From sequence record OP617743.1: DNA of 64,000 nucleotides; one strand, 5' to 3'. The notes beneath the pieces were generated by a model that saw only the letters and a program-made list of their open reading frames with translations, was not told the DNA's origin and ran no database searches. Below, in pieces: positions 8,702-17,870 of the stretch (positions within the stretch are counted from its first letter, which is position 1; each line of letters starts with the position of its first letter). Made by a program: the position numbers and the translations under genes. Source of the stretch: Klebsiella phage KP13-26.

Positions 8702-9058
8702 ATGAATAACATCCTGATTGAGAAACGCGCCGAACTGCTGGAAGTTAAACAGGCTATCTATGCAAAACAGAGAGAGATCCGCAACTTCTCTTACGAGTCA
8801 ACTGATGATGAGTATGATTCTTATTTGGATGGATGCTATGGCGATCTTGACGTTTGCGGCAGCACTTTCAGCGCGTCCTATGCTCTTAAAAATCTTGACC
8901 CTACGGCGTACCGTTGCGGAAAGTCAGATTATGACAGTGAAAAAGATCTTGACGATGTGCCGGAGTATGTTACACTCATGGAAGAGCTGGAAGAGCTGGA
9001 AGATAAAGAAACCGATCTGGAAAACGAGATCGAAGAGCTGGAAGTGAGCGAAGAATAA
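8702..9058 (+). CDS. hypothetical acidic coiled-coil protein (118 aa)
   Basis: ORF. Confidence 0.55.
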   Translation: MNNILIEKRAELLEVKQAIYAKQREIRNFSYESTDDEYDSYLDGCYGDLDVCGSTFSASYALKNLDPTAYRCGKSDYDSEKDLDDVPEYVTLMEELEELEDKETDLENEIEELEVSEE

Positions 9059-9070
9059 TTTAAAAACAGG

Positions 9071-9099
9071 TTGACAAGGTAAACAGTTTAAAGTAGATT
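9071..9099 (+). promoter_or_regulatory. sigma70 promoter TTGACA-N17-TAGATT
   Basis: Hexamers. Confidence 0.5.
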
Positions 9100-9111
9100 A
9101 TTATTCAAGAC

Positions 9112-9130
9112 GGCGGGAATTGTTCCCGCC
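9112..9130 (+). repeat. Leader palindrome GGCGGGAATTGTTCCCGCC (copy 4)
   Basis: Inverted repeat. Confidence 0.65.
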
Positions 9131-9150
9131 TCACAGATAAAGGTAACACC

Positions 9151-9522
9151 ATGAAAGCAGCAGAGAAAATCAAATCTTACATCCTGGCAGCGATTGATTT
9201 TGAAGGCGAAAACGGCAAAACGTTTACCACCGAGGAAGAGAAGATCACCGAACTGATGCGCCGCTTTAAAGCTGAATATTGGTATCCAGCAAATCAGCAG
9301 CGCTACGGCACCATGACAAAAGCAATGGCCTCATGGTTGCAGGGTTTACCGTCTGACATTAATCACGCATTCTATTATGATGAGATTGATTCTCTTTTGA
9401 TTGAGTGGGGTTATCTAAAACATACCAGCCGTGAAGCAACAATTGACCGCGAGCGGGATCAATACTGGCTTTATCTGGCGGGTTCACTGATGAGCCTTGC
9501 AAAGGGTTACAACCTGGCATAA
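9151..9522 (+). CDS. hypothetical protein (123 aa)
   Basis: ORF with AAAGG RBS. Confidence 0.6.
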   Translation: MKAAEKIKSYILAAIDFEGENGKTFTTEEEKITELMRRFKAEYWYPANQQRYGTMTKAMASWLQGLPSDINHAFYYDEIDSLLIEWGYLKHTSREATIDRERDQYWLYLAGSLMSLAKGYNLA

Positions 9523-9582
9523 GATACACAACAACGGCGGCAACTTCCCGCCACACTTTGAAAATAAAATGAGGGTTTAAAA

Positions 9583-9717
9583 ATGAATGGTAGCCACCAC
9601 GTCGAAAAAATGGCAAGCGATAAACAGCGAAAATCATGGGACGATGAAACCGGGCGCAAAGGAGACAAGCGCAATAAAACAAAACGAGATCGGAGTGAAA
9701 AACGACGTTGGGAGTAA
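9583..9717 (+). CDS. hypothetical small basic protein (44 aa)
   Basis: Sub-cutoff ORF followed by a terminator. Confidence 0.35.
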   Translation: MNGSHHVEKMASDKQRKSWDDETGRKGDKRNKTKRDRSEKRRWE

Positions 9718-9723
9718 TAAGGA

Positions 9724-9748
9724 GGGGCGCAGATAGCGCCCTTTTCGC
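9724..9748 (+). terminator. Rho-independent terminator
   Basis: GGGGCGC-AGATA-GCGCCC stem followed by TTTTCGCTTT. Confidence 0.6.
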
Positions 9749-9834
9749 TTTATACAGCGTTTTCTATAGTGAGCCATACAAACACCAGGGAGCACCATAA
9801 AAACCGCTTAGAACGTATTACAGGAGCTTAGACA

Positions 9835-10017
9835 ATGATATTAGAACAGATTCAAAAGGCACTAGCCCAGGGCGGCAGACTTTCAGCACGTTACCGTGAT
9901 CAATGGGGTTTTATCATTAGCGGCGTGATCCTGGCTACCGAGGGCGGCGACGTGCTGATCGATACCCTGAAAAACCGAGTGAAGCCGGAGATGGTGATAT
10001 CTATCAAGCACCTTTGA
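9835..10017 (+). CDS. hypothetical protein (60 aa)
   Basis: ORF whose RBS (AGGAG) lies inside repeat element copy a. Confidence 0.5.
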   Translation: MILEQIQKALAQGGRLSARYRDQWGFIISGVILATEGGDVLIDTLKNRVKPEMVISIKHL

Positions 10018-10108
10018 TTGATAGGTTTAAACGATTAGACACTGCATCGATAATGGCACATAGTAGATACATAGAGCGGGGCAAAGGCCAGCTAGGGGAG
10101 GAAACGAA

Positions 10109-10492
10109 ATGAAAAAATTTATCATCGCCGCTATGCTGGCAGCAGTAAGCGCCAGCGCAGCAGCAGACACCGAGATCAACGTGATGAGCGCAAGCCGTGA
10201 TTTACGCGCCAGTATTGAAAAAATGTTAATTGTATCAGGTGATAATAACGCAACGTTACGATCTTACACCTTATCAAAAACCTTTGAGGACGCGCTTGAT
10301 TCTCAAATGATACCTATTCTCAATAATGACCCTGATGCATCATGCGAGCTTATCGCAGCGCGGATCGCGGAAAACGGGCGGCAGAACTACGCGCCTTATC
10401 AGGTTAACCCACTTATGACAAGGGCTATTGATAATATGATCGGTAAAATGGTTGTTTATACTATGGCGCGGTGTTATTACTTAAAGGGTTGA
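10109..10492 (+). CDS. secreted/periplasmic hypothetical protein (127 aa)
   Basis: N-terminal signal peptide MKKFIIAAMLAAVSASA/AAD. GGGGAGG RBS. Confidence 0.6.
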   Translation: MKKFIIAAMLAAVSASAAADTEINVMSASRDLRASIEKMLIVSGDNNATLRSYTLSKTFEDALDSQMIPILNNDPDASCELIAARIAENGRQNYAPYQVNPLMTRAIDNMIGKMVVYTMARCYYLKG

Positions 10493-10517
10493 CAGGAAGC
10501 ACTTGATCGATTATCTT
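10489..10517 (+). promoter_or_regulatory. sigma70 promoter TTGACA-N17-TATCTT
   Basis: Hexamers. Confidence 0.5.
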
Positions 10518-10547
10518 TAAGCCAGGCAAACAAAAGGGTAAAGAAAA

Positions 10548-10823
10548 ATGATTCAGGCTAACACTTTAATGATGTTTCAGGAAGTGCAAAACGCCGCTGT
10601 AATGGTTGAGCAATTCCAGGACGGCGACACCATGATCGCCACGTTGAAAGAGAACGCCGAAAGCATTCTAATCATTAGCTTGAAAACAGTTGCAAAAGGT
10701 TATTATTCCCTTGCTTATCATTTTATCACTAATGATGATGAAGCAAGCCAAGATTTTTCCCTGCCTTTCCCGGCAAATTATGCGCCAGCTTTTGTGGCTG
10801 CAATTATTAATGATGTTTTCTAA
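10548..10823 (+). CDS. hypothetical protein (91 aa)
   Basis: ORF with AAGGGTAAAG RBS. Confidence 0.55.
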   Translation: MIQANTLMMFQEVQNAAVMVEQFQDGDTMIATLKENAESILIISLKTVAKGYYSLAYHFITNDDEASQDFSLPFPANYAPAFVAAIINDVF

Positions 10824-11106
10824 TGGGTAATGAATAAAGAAAGTCAATAGCTTTCCCAGTTATTTTTCATTTTTGCGTTATGCAAAAAAGTGAATTTAAA
10901 GACTTCTCATGCAAGATGATTAAGGGTATGGCAAACGGCGAGAGCCGCTTAGAATGCGTTTTAGAGCGTTTTAGCGGGTATTGACTTTTCCAGAAACGCT
11001 CAAAGCGTCTTAAATTTAGTTTCATCGTGTGATTATTTGCATACAGGTGCATTTCTATTCATTTTTCTGAATAATGTAAATATGATGAATATTCCATTCA
11101 TCCCTA

Positions 11107-11134
11107 TTGACTACCCGACCCGATCTGCTATGAT
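11107..11134 (+). promoter_or_regulatory. sigma70 promoter TTGACT-N16-TATGAT
   Basis: Hexamers. Confidence 0.5.
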
Positions 11135-11189
11135 TTATCACGTAGGGCGGGGCAATAATGCAGCGCCACAAAATCCGAAGGATTGTATT

Positions 11190-11648
11190 ATGAATAAATT
11201 CTGTGTAGGTCAAAAAGTTATTGATTGTTTCAATGATCGTAAACTGTTAACGGTTGTTAAAACTTTTGAATCTGGTCAAATCGAACTTGAAAACGGCGTG
11301 ATCACCTATACGGATCGGGTTCAACGCCAAGAGCATTACCTTGATCATACAAATTACCTGTACCATCATTCTCGTTTTGGTGATGCTGTATGCATGATCA
11401 ATGAAGCGTTTCAAGAGTACATTTCAGGACTTGCCGAAATGGGAGATTTATGCTCTTATCCTGGGGAATCTGTTTTCATAATGAAAGCGCGTACCATGTG
11501 CCAAACGTGGATCGACGAAGCCGCCGCGAGGATTGAGCATGGTTTAGCCTGGAAGCGTACAGCAGAACACAATTTATCACAGTGGTATCGTGTACCGCTT
11601 GATCATCACTTCCCATTCCTTAACCCTGAAAATGTGACAGACTACTAA
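11190..11648 (+). CDS. hypothetical protein (152 aa)
   Basis: Internal ATG with AAGGA RBS; the track extension from 11037 is rejected. Confidence 0.55.
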   Translation: MNKFCVGQKVIDCFNDRKLLTVVKTFESGQIELENGVITYTDRVQRQEHYLDHTNYLYHHSRFGDAVCMINEAFQEYISGLAEMGDLCSYPGESVFIMKARTMCQTWIDEAAARIEHGLAWKRTAEHNLSQWYRVPLDHHFPFLNPENVTDY

Positions 11649-11657
11649 AAAATAGTG

Positions 11658-11686
11658 TTGACGCGCCCAAGGAAAGGGCGCATAAT
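11658..11686 (+). promoter_or_regulatory. sigma70 promoter TTGACG-N17-CATAAT with spacer palindrome (identical to the 4585 promoter)
   Basis: 29-bp identity to the promoter at 4585. Confidence 0.6.
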
Positions 11687-11698
11687 TCATCACATAGA

Positions 11699-11717
11699 GC
11701 GGGGAGCGGTTCCCCGC
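11699..11717 (+). repeat. Leader palindrome variant GCGGGGAGCGGTTCCCCGC
   Basis: Inverted repeat. Confidence 0.55.
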
Positions 11718-11737
11718 TAAATGAGAGAGATTCCATT

Positions 11738-11962
11738 ATGTTCGATTTAGACAGACTGGCAACAGCGATTGAAAAAGCAGGTGATGCAAAGTATGGCATC
11801 CAAGATCATTACTTTATCGGTCAATATCCTGATGGTACTTACTACGGTGTATTGTCTAACAAAGTGAAAAGCCGTAGCAGCGCCGCTCAACTGCGAAGCC
11901 CGGAATTTTTCGAACAAAAAGGCATTAAAGCGATCAAGGTTATGAAGCGTAAAGCTAAATAA
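11738..11962 (+). CDS. hypothetical protein (74 aa)
   Basis: Leader AAATGAGAGAGATT is shared with the gene at 15679. Confidence 0.55.
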   Translation: MFDLDRLATAIEKAGDAKYGIQDHYFIGQYPDGTYYGVLSNKVKSRSSAAQLRSPEFFEQKGIKAIKVMKRKAK

Positions 11963-11964
11963 AT

Positions 11965-11994
11965 TTGACAACGCGCCCGAAGAGGGCGCATAAT
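11965..11994 (+). promoter_or_regulatory. sigma70 promoter TTGACA-N18-CATAAT with GCGCCC/GGGCGC spacer palindrome
   Basis: Hexamers. Confidence 0.5.
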
Positions 11995-12024
11995 ACATTT
12001 TTATATTGTACCGGAGTTTAATAA

Positions 12025-12477
12025 ATGAAAATCACAGAAAAAGATATCGCACCTGGTAAAGTATTCTATAATGTATTTTTCCTGCCAGGACGTAGCGCAG
12101 CCAAATTAGAATCGAAGGTTATTGTAACATCTTTTGTTAATACTAATAACAATATTAAAAGACCCTGGTTTACTTGTATTCATGATTACCGCCCCTATGG
12201 GTTCGATTGGGAAAATAAAGACGCACATAATTTTTTAGGTGATATTGGTATTGGGGCATGTTATAATATGCACAGGATGTTTACAACCGAAGAAAGCGCC
12301 CTTGATTATGTCAAACAATGTAATTCCGGGGTTTTTGTAGACAAAGAAGACCAAAAGTATTATGATAGTGAGACTAGTTTAGAGGCCATCACGAGAAGGG
12401 AATATTTAGAGCTAGTTGATAATGATTTCTGGAATCTTGAGGATGATTATCAAAGTACGCCGGAAGATTTTCAATAA
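12025..12477 (+). CDS. hypothetical protein (150 aa)
   Basis: ORF with GGAG RBS. Confidence 0.6.
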   Translation: MKITEKDIAPGKVFYNVFFLPGRSAAKLESKVIVTSFVNTNNNIKRPWFTCIHDYRPYGFDWENKDAHNFLGDIGIGACYNMHRMFTTEESALDYVKQCNSGVFVDKEDQKYYDSETSLEAITRREYLELVDNDFWNLEDDYQSTPEDFQ

Positions 12478-12490
12478 CTAAGGTAGAATC

Positions 12491-12727
12491 ATGAAAACGA
12501 AAAGCATTCTCATTAACAAAAAATTTCCCAATCGTGTCTGGGAAATTAGTGAAGTGATCCACGCCGGGACGATTGAACAATATAACCGTTTAATTGGGTA
12601 TATCCGGGAAACTGAATGCGGTTATGTCTGGACTCATTCTGGACTAAACCGCGAAAGCGCAAGCTATTTCCCAACAAAACCCCTTGCGCTGATAGGTTTA
12701 AAGATGGTGCATCAAGATTATAAATAA
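12491..12727 (+). CDS. hypothetical protein (78 aa)
   Basis: ORF with AAGG RBS. Confidence 0.5.
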   Translation: MKTKSILINKKFPNRVWEISEVIHAGTIEQYNRLIGYIRETECGYVWTHSGLNRESASYFPTKPLALIGLKMVHQDYK

Positions 12728-12745
12728 TTTATTTCGCCCTGGGGC

Positions 12746-12774
12746 TTGATCTCCCTGGGGCGTTTTGCTATCCT
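12746..12774 (+). promoter_or_regulatory. sigma70 promoter TTGATC-N17-TATCCT
   Basis: Weaker hexamers. Confidence 0.35.
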
Positions 12775-12782
12775 TATTTTGT

Positions 12783-12802
12783 GGGCGGGAATGGTTCCCG
12801 AC
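12783..12802 (+). repeat. Leader palindrome GGGCGGGAATGGTTCCCGAC (copy 5, imperfect)
   Basis: Inverted repeat. Confidence 0.6.
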
Positions 12803-12820
12803 ACATAACGGGGATTTAAC

Positions 12821-13120
12821 ATGCAACCTTTACAATTACTTTCCACTTTACGCGCTATTGCCAACAACACTTTGATCGCTTGCCAGCGCCAGGAGTTTAA
12901 ACCTGAATTCATCTATAAGAATCATAACCAGCAGTTAGCCACCATTGAACAGGCAATTAGTGGTTACAAAATGGGGGCAAAGGTTAACGCGAAATATAAA
13001 GCAGAGATCAAGAAAATAACGCTTGCACCAATGAAAGATAAGAATTATTATCTAATCAGTGAGCAGGTGAAAGGCGGCGTAAGCCAACTAACCAGCGCGA
13101 TTGACTTCATGAAACGATAA
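12821..13120 (+). CDS. hypothetical protein (99 aa)
   Basis: ORF. Confidence 0.55.
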   Translation: MQPLQLLSTLRAIANNTLIACQRQEFKPEFIYKNHNQQLATIEQAISGYKMGAKVNAKYKAEIKKITLAPMKDKNYYLISEQVKGGVSQLTSAIDFMKR

Positions 13121-13167
13121 CCAGCGATTAACCAGGAGGGCGGCAGCAATGCCGCCAACAATGAAGA

Positions 13168-13431
13168 ATGAAAAACATCATTTACCGATTGACAAAACGC
13201 AACATTCTGATCGCTACTGTGATCGCTTGCCTTTTCGCTTTCGTGAGTAACGCAACGTTTAACGCTGTGGGCGGGATGCTGTTTAATGCTGGAAATGTTT
13301 CAACAGCTAACACAATGATCGACATTTTGCAACTTTTCTTTTATGTCGCCTTTCGTTTAAAAATAGCTTGCAAACTGGATCGCTATGATGTACCTTTTAT
13401 TTGTGGCGGCGTGATAGCTATTGTATGTTAA
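13168..13431 (+). CDS. putative membrane protein (87 aa)
   Basis: Hydrophobic ORF with a weak RBS. Confidence 0.4.
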   Translation: MKNIIYRLTKRNILIATVIACLFAFVSNATFNAVGGMLFNAGNVSTANTMIDILQLFFYVAFRLKIACKLDRYDVPFICGGVIAIVC

Positions 13432-13444
13432 CCGGAGTAAAAAC

Positions 13445-13738
13445 ATGTTAAGATCTAACAAAAATTTAAAATTGCGTCAATCCCTCGTTAATATGGCGAT
13501 CAGTGTTGAGCCGTACAAACGAAAGGAGCCTAAGCAAGATATGCGAGGGCGCAAAACAACCTGGACAGATCAACAGGTATTAGAGATCCGGGCCTTACAT
13601 AAATATGGCGGCATGTTACCCGCCGAAATTGCAGAACGTTACAACACCACGAAAGGTGCAATAAATAGCTTGCTTTCTTATGTTACCCGCGTACACTTAG
13701 AGCCAGAAAGAAAACATTTACCAGCGAGAGAGGCTTGA
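13445..13738 (+). CDS. HTH DNA-binding protein (putative early transcriptional regulator)
   Basis: Internal ATG with GGAG RBS. Helix-turn-helix-like segment LPAEIAERYNTTKGAINSLL. Confidence 0.45.
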   Translation: MLRSNKNLKLRQSLVNMAISVEPYKRKEPKQDMRGRKTTWTDQQVLEIRALHKYGGMLPAEIAERYNTTKGAINSLLSYVTRVHLEPERKHLPAREA

Positions 13739-13762
13739 CAATAGCAGCGGATCTGGTAAAGT
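13735..13762 (+). promoter_or_regulatory. sigma70 promoter TTGACA-N16-TAAAGT
   Basis: Hexamers. Confidence 0.4.
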
Positions 13763-13813
13763 GTATCACGTAGGGCGCGGAATAAGCCGAGGCCCGTAAA
13801 AGAGGTTAGAAAC

Positions 13814-14011
13814 ATGTTTACTTACTTGCTAATTAATGATTCAGCTAATGAAGTGGTGCATACTGATAAGCCATCTTTGCCGGGTTTTCGTCATTTTGGT
13901 AAATATGAAAATTGCAAGCAAATTTCGTGCTTTACTGGAAAAGTCATTTCCACCGTTGAAGATGACTTGGAAATCCTCACAAAAATTTGTAACTTGCGTT
14001 TAACTAAATAG
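13814..14011 (+). CDS. hypothetical protein (65 aa)
   Basis: ORF with AGAGG RBS. Confidence 0.5.
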   Translation: MFTYLLINDSANEVVHTDKPSLPGFRHFGKYENCKQISCFTGKVISTVEDDLEILTKICNLRLTK

Positions 14012-14013
14012 GA

Positions 14014-14406
14014 ATGATTCTCATGTCCAACTTTGATATCTTTTTAGCGGCTTATGTTGAGGCTATGTTTTGGAGTAGTAGCGGGACAACCCCGGACGGG
14101 GAAGATCTGGAAAGTCTGGAAGGGTTCGAACTTTCCACCGAAGCGAAGCGCAAGGCTAAAGGAGAATGCGAATCATTCTTATTTGCAGGGGCTAACCTCC
14201 TGGCTGATCTGCCTGAATGGTACGGGAAAGGCGACGGCGGCGCATACGCTTATGCTGGGCATGACTTTTGGCTTACTCGCAACCATCACGGTGCTGGATT
14301 CTGGGATCGTGGGCTAGGTGATTTGGGCGACCGCCTCACCACGTTAGCGCAGACATATGAGGAGTCTGATCCCTATATTGGCGATGATGGAAAAATTTAT
14401 TATTAA
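14014..14406 (+). CDS. hypothetical protein (130 aa)
   Basis: ORF with AGGAA RBS. The alternative-frame ORF at 14054-14317 is rejected. Confidence 0.55.
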   Translation: MILMSNFDIFLAAYVEAMFWSSSGTTPDGEDLESLEGFELSTEAKRKAKGECESFLFAGANLLADLPEWYGKGDGGAYAYAGHDFWLTRNHHGAGFWDRGLGDLGDRLTTLAQTYEESDPYIGDDGKIYY

Positions 14407-14412
14407 AAACGC

Positions 14413-14441
14413 TTGCAACGCTGATCGCCGTTTGCTATAGT
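14413..14441 (+). promoter_or_regulatory. sigma70 promoter TTGCAA-N17-TATAGT
   Basis: Hexamers. Confidence 0.5.
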
Positions 14442-14451
14442 TTACCACGTA

Positions 14452-14471
14452 GGGCGGGAATGGTTCCCGCC
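14452..14471 (+). repeat. Leader palindrome GGGCGGGAATGGTTCCCGCC (copy 6)
   Basis: Inverted repeat. Confidence 0.7.
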
Positions 14472-14486
14472 TCCCGGAGAAACATC

Positions 14487-14876
14487 ATGAAAAATTCCAT
14501 TGTTATCACTAATAACGACAAATTAACTACCCTGATCGGGATTGTTAACGATGTTTCGCCATTCCTGGTGAAAACCATGTACAAATATATGCAGGAGTGC
14601 AAATATAGTATTTGGGCAGAGCATTGCCACTACCAGGATGAAAGCGCGGCGGAGTATATGATCGCACGTCTGCGGGATAATATGCAAGCGTGCTTATCAC
14701 AGAGCATGATTAATGAGATTGATTCTCGTTATTCAATGGCGCTTGAATATCAAGCACAAGCACAATACTCGCAGCTCGACTACGAAGAGCAGCAGGATCA
14801 GGAGGCTTTTTGGGAACGTAGCGACGCACAGGCTGATTTTGATGATAAGGTGAGCATGTATTACAACGAATATTAA
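14487..14876 (+). CDS. hypothetical protein (129 aa)
   Basis: Start at ATG 14487 after CGGAGA. The track start at 14460 lies inside the palindrome and is rejected. Confidence 0.55.
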   Translation: MKNSIVITNNDKLTTLIGIVNDVSPFLVKTMYKYMQECKYSIWAEHCHYQDESAAEYMIARLRDNMQACLSQSMINEIDSRYSMALEYQAQAQYSQLDYEEQQDQEAFWERSDAQADFDDKVSMYYNEY

Positions 14877-14925
14877 TAAACAAGGGGAGCCGCTACGGTT
14901 CCCCATCTTTATAAGGATAAATAGT

Positions 14926-15213
14926 ATGTTTACAGTCAAAGAAAAAACATTATTGTTAAAAGTGTTAAAAGATTATCCCCGTAACATGAGAGAACCATTT
15001 GAAACGAATGGAGAATTTGAGCAGCACTTAAAAGAGGTTGACTCATTGATTAAAAAGGTGGAAGATTTTTCCCCCGTAAATATGAAGTACTACGACGATG
15101 GATGGAATGATTTTGTAAACGGTAAACCTTTTGATGAATCTCAAAGGGAAAATATCCATTATAGTGATGGTTATGATGATTCAAAGTTCTATAATGCCAA
15201 AGAAGAGATTTAA
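14926..15213 (+). CDS. hypothetical protein (95 aa)
   Basis: ORF with AAGGA RBS. Confidence 0.55.
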   Translation: MFTVKEKTLLLKVLKDYPRNMREPFETNGEFEQHLKEVDSLIKKVEDFSPVNMKYYDDGWNDFVNGKPFDESQRENIHYSDGYDDSKFYNAKEEI

Positions 15214-15224
15214 TCTTTACAATT

Positions 15225-15253
15225 CCAGGGCTTGCTTTTTGCCCTGGTTTTGC
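15225..15253 (+). terminator. Rho-independent terminator
   Basis: CCAGGGC-loop-GCCCTGG stem followed by TTTTGC. Confidence 0.55.
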
Positions 15254-15598
15254 TATTATCTTTTATAGGCTATGGCACCTGATGCAGGGGGAGACAAACA
15301 CCGAACCTGCCCGTCATTCAGGGAAGCTAACCGAACCTGGACGCCTCCCTTCAAATGAGAATTACTCGCAACAAACATCGTGCCAACTTTACTTTCTAAG
15401 TGAGAAAAATTCTTATTAGTGAGATCTATTTGTTTATGAGCTAGGGTATTACCAGGACACAAAAGCGCTTAAAATCGATTCTAGAGCGTTTTAAAGGTAT
15501 GTATGTTTATACAGGTTATGAAAATAAATTTGACAAAGTTTTTATAGTGTGCTATTCGCATATGATTGTTTTCTTTACAGTTCTTTACAAATCTACTC

Positions 15599-15626
15599 TT
15601 GCATGAAATATCAGTTATGCTATTAT
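15599..15626 (+). promoter_or_regulatory. sigma70 promoter TTGCAT-N16-TATTAT
   Basis: Hexamers. Confidence 0.5.
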
Positions 15627-15678
15627 TTATCTCGTAGGGCAGGAACACGAAATCAACCACTAAATGAGAGAGATTATT

Positions 15679-15873
15679 ATGTACATCATCAAAGGCACTG
15701 AAAAGGTTATGGGTTTAGGTCACATGGCTGCACATATTGAAAACATGACCGGAAAAACGAATGACCGACTTTATGATCATGTTGTTACCCGCCTGGCAGC
15801 TATGAAAAACATCGGACAGCTTGAAGGGTTCAGCGTAGCAGGGCAGCAAGTAACAGTAATCAAAATCGGCTAA
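15679..15873 (+). CDS. hypothetical protein (64 aa)
   Basis: Second in-frame ATG chosen by analogy with the 11738 leader. Confidence 0.5.
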   Translation: MYIIKGTEKVMGLGHMAAHIENMTGKTNDRLYDHVVTRLAAMKNIGQLEGFSVAGQQVTVIKIG

Positions 15874-15926
15874 CAATCTGGGGCGTGACAAGCGCCCTAA
15901 CAATAAACTCACATAGGAAAACGAAA

Positions 15927-16295
15927 ATGACTATCATCAATCTGAATACTACTATCAAAGGTAAAGATTTTGGCGGCGTAGTAGATAACGATCCTATGTG
16001 GAGTCTGTCAGTGTTTAAAGGTGATTTAATCGACGTTGTAACCATTGATAGCGGGTCAGATGACTATAAGTGTGAAATTCATCTCACTAACTGGTACACT
16101 GGCAAAGTTTACGCCCTGGATCGCGTGATCATCGGTCGAATCGAAACATTAGAGGACGAAGAAACCGGAGAAACCTTTGATTATTATATCAATAGCACTA
16201 ACCGTGCAGAACGCTTGTTAGAGAAGATGAAAGAAAAGGGAACTATTGATTTATCTCATTGGGTGGACATTACAAACGATCCAGCCTACAAATAA
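15927..16295 (+). CDS. hypothetical protein (122 aa)
   Basis: Internal ATG with AGGAAAACG RBS. Confidence 0.55.
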   Translation: MTIINLNTTIKGKDFGGVVDNDPMWSLSVFKGDLIDVVTIDSGSDDYKCEIHLTNWYTGKVYALDRVIIGRIETLEDEETGETFDYYINSTNRAERLLEKMKEKGTIDLSHWVDITNDPAYK

Positions 16296-16311
16296 AACAC
16301 CATTTCAAATA

Positions 16312-16340
16312 GGGCGCACAAAGCGCCGTTTCTTTTTGCT
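16312..16340 (+). terminator. Rho-independent terminator ending the early block
   Basis: GGGCGC-ACAAA-GCGCC stem followed by GTTTCTTTTTG. Confidence 0.6.
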
Positions 16341-16499
16341 TATCATTTAATGATAGCTTTTACCGATTGAAATCACTCACAGCAAAAAGTGAATAAATCG
16401 CGTTATGAGGTTTTCTAAGCAAGGTTGACTAACTACCAGGGGCAAGCGGTAAGCCGCTTAGAACGCATTACAGGAGCTTTAAAGGGCATAGCCACTATC

Positions 16500-17250
16500 T
16501 AAGTGATCAATAAATCCACCAATTTAACGATCTAATCAATAATGATAATCAATCTCATCTATCTGTGCTTAATTATGCAGAATATTGCATAATGTGATAG
16601 TGAGAATCATTTACAATCAAAGTAACAATTGACAATTTATCCAATCATAAACAATCAAATAATAAATAGATAAATAGTTATCTTGCTAACATATCTAATT
16701 GATATCATTTCATTAATTAACAATAACACAATAAAACAATCAACTAATCAATAATAAGCAATGAAATTATTATTAATCTACAATTCATTCTTACAATAAT
16801 AATCTATGAAATAATTAGCAAAGAATGTATTAGCAAGCCTACGCGGGAAACGTAGGCTGCTAATAATACCGCAACTACACCACCCCACTCATTACTATTC
16901 CTAATAGTAATTCGTGTTATTATGTAGCTTGCAATAATTGCAAGCGTAATGCTTCCGCTTACAATCATTACGTGCGGTATTATTAGCACGTTGTTAAATA
17001 ATCCTAGAGGTATTATTAGCTATCAAAGAATATCTAATAACCTAACGGTATTATTAGCCATATTGGAAATGGCAATAATGCCCACTATCACGAAGTGATA
17101 AACATACGGAATTATTAGCACACAAAGCAATTAGCATTCTAACAGAATAATTCATTGTGAAACAATTAGCACACTATCTATTTGCGGAGGAATTATTGAG
17201 TGAATAACGAAAATAATTCTATAGCTAATGAATAGCATTGTAATTATTAA
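16500..17250. other. AT-rich non-coding region with iterons (GGTATTATTAGC x4), a TTGCAATAATTGCAA palindrome and a CCTACG/CGTAGG hairpin; candidate replication origin
   Basis: No plausible ORFs. Iteron-like sites at 16975, 17008, 17046 and 17107, with an inverted copy at 16861. Confidence 0.45.
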
Positions 17251-17756
17251 GGATTAAATAATGAAAAGAATAACTATTGTCGGCGAAAACATTAGCGCGA
17301 TCAGCGCTATGTGTTGAGCATTAATGAGAATAAGAATTAATATTATTCGGGCGAGCAAATGCCCACGAAGTGGGCTATTGTTGAGCACAGAGCTAATACT
17401 ATTTGCGGGGAAAACATCGTTAGATGTTCGTTAGAACAGCTACGGAATGTTGAGCCACTTCTTTTAAAAGAGAAATTTTTAGGAATTATCTTGATTTTCG
17501 AGCCGTTTGATGCTATGCGCAGCATACCACTGTTCACTTATACAGTGGATTTGTCATGAGAATCGTTATCAGTCGCCTTTTGTGGCAATTTGGCACCTTG
17601 TAAACACATGTTTATTAATGCCAAGCCATTGATTTATAAGGATTTATTGTCAGTTTATCGTGATTGGCATGGAATATGGCTAATCTTTGACCAAAAGTGT
17701 CGTAAGTTATTGAATGATATTAAGAATGAGAATGATTCGCATTGATATTTGGGACT

Positions 17757-17818
17757 CGCGGAAATTTGAAAATGGGGGTGCCCGAAAATCGCGTTAAGCA
17801 CCTCTCGCAACCGCGAGA
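17757..17818 (+). ncRNA. GC-rich structured element (two stem-loops) inside the AT-rich non-coding region; possible small RNA or binding site
   Basis: CGCG...CGCG stem of 37 nt and a CTCGC-AACC-GCGAG hairpin. This is speculative. Confidence 0.2.
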
Positions 17819-17870
17819 AAGCGAGCCATATTGACGCCAACATATTGATATTATTAACATTTCTTTGCCA

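Noticed and set aside
9806-9830. T4 MotA-box (TGCTTtA) middle-promoter interpretation of the GCTTAGA repeat
   Set aside because: The spacing to any -10-like hexamer is wrong (3 or 16 nt rather than 12-13), and the rest of the genome context does not look T4-like.
12190-12205. tRNA T-loop-like GGGTTCGATTGGG
   Set aside because: It lies inside a well-supported CDS (12025-12477), with no acceptor or anticodon arms and no flanking stem structure. I found no tRNA genes in the window.
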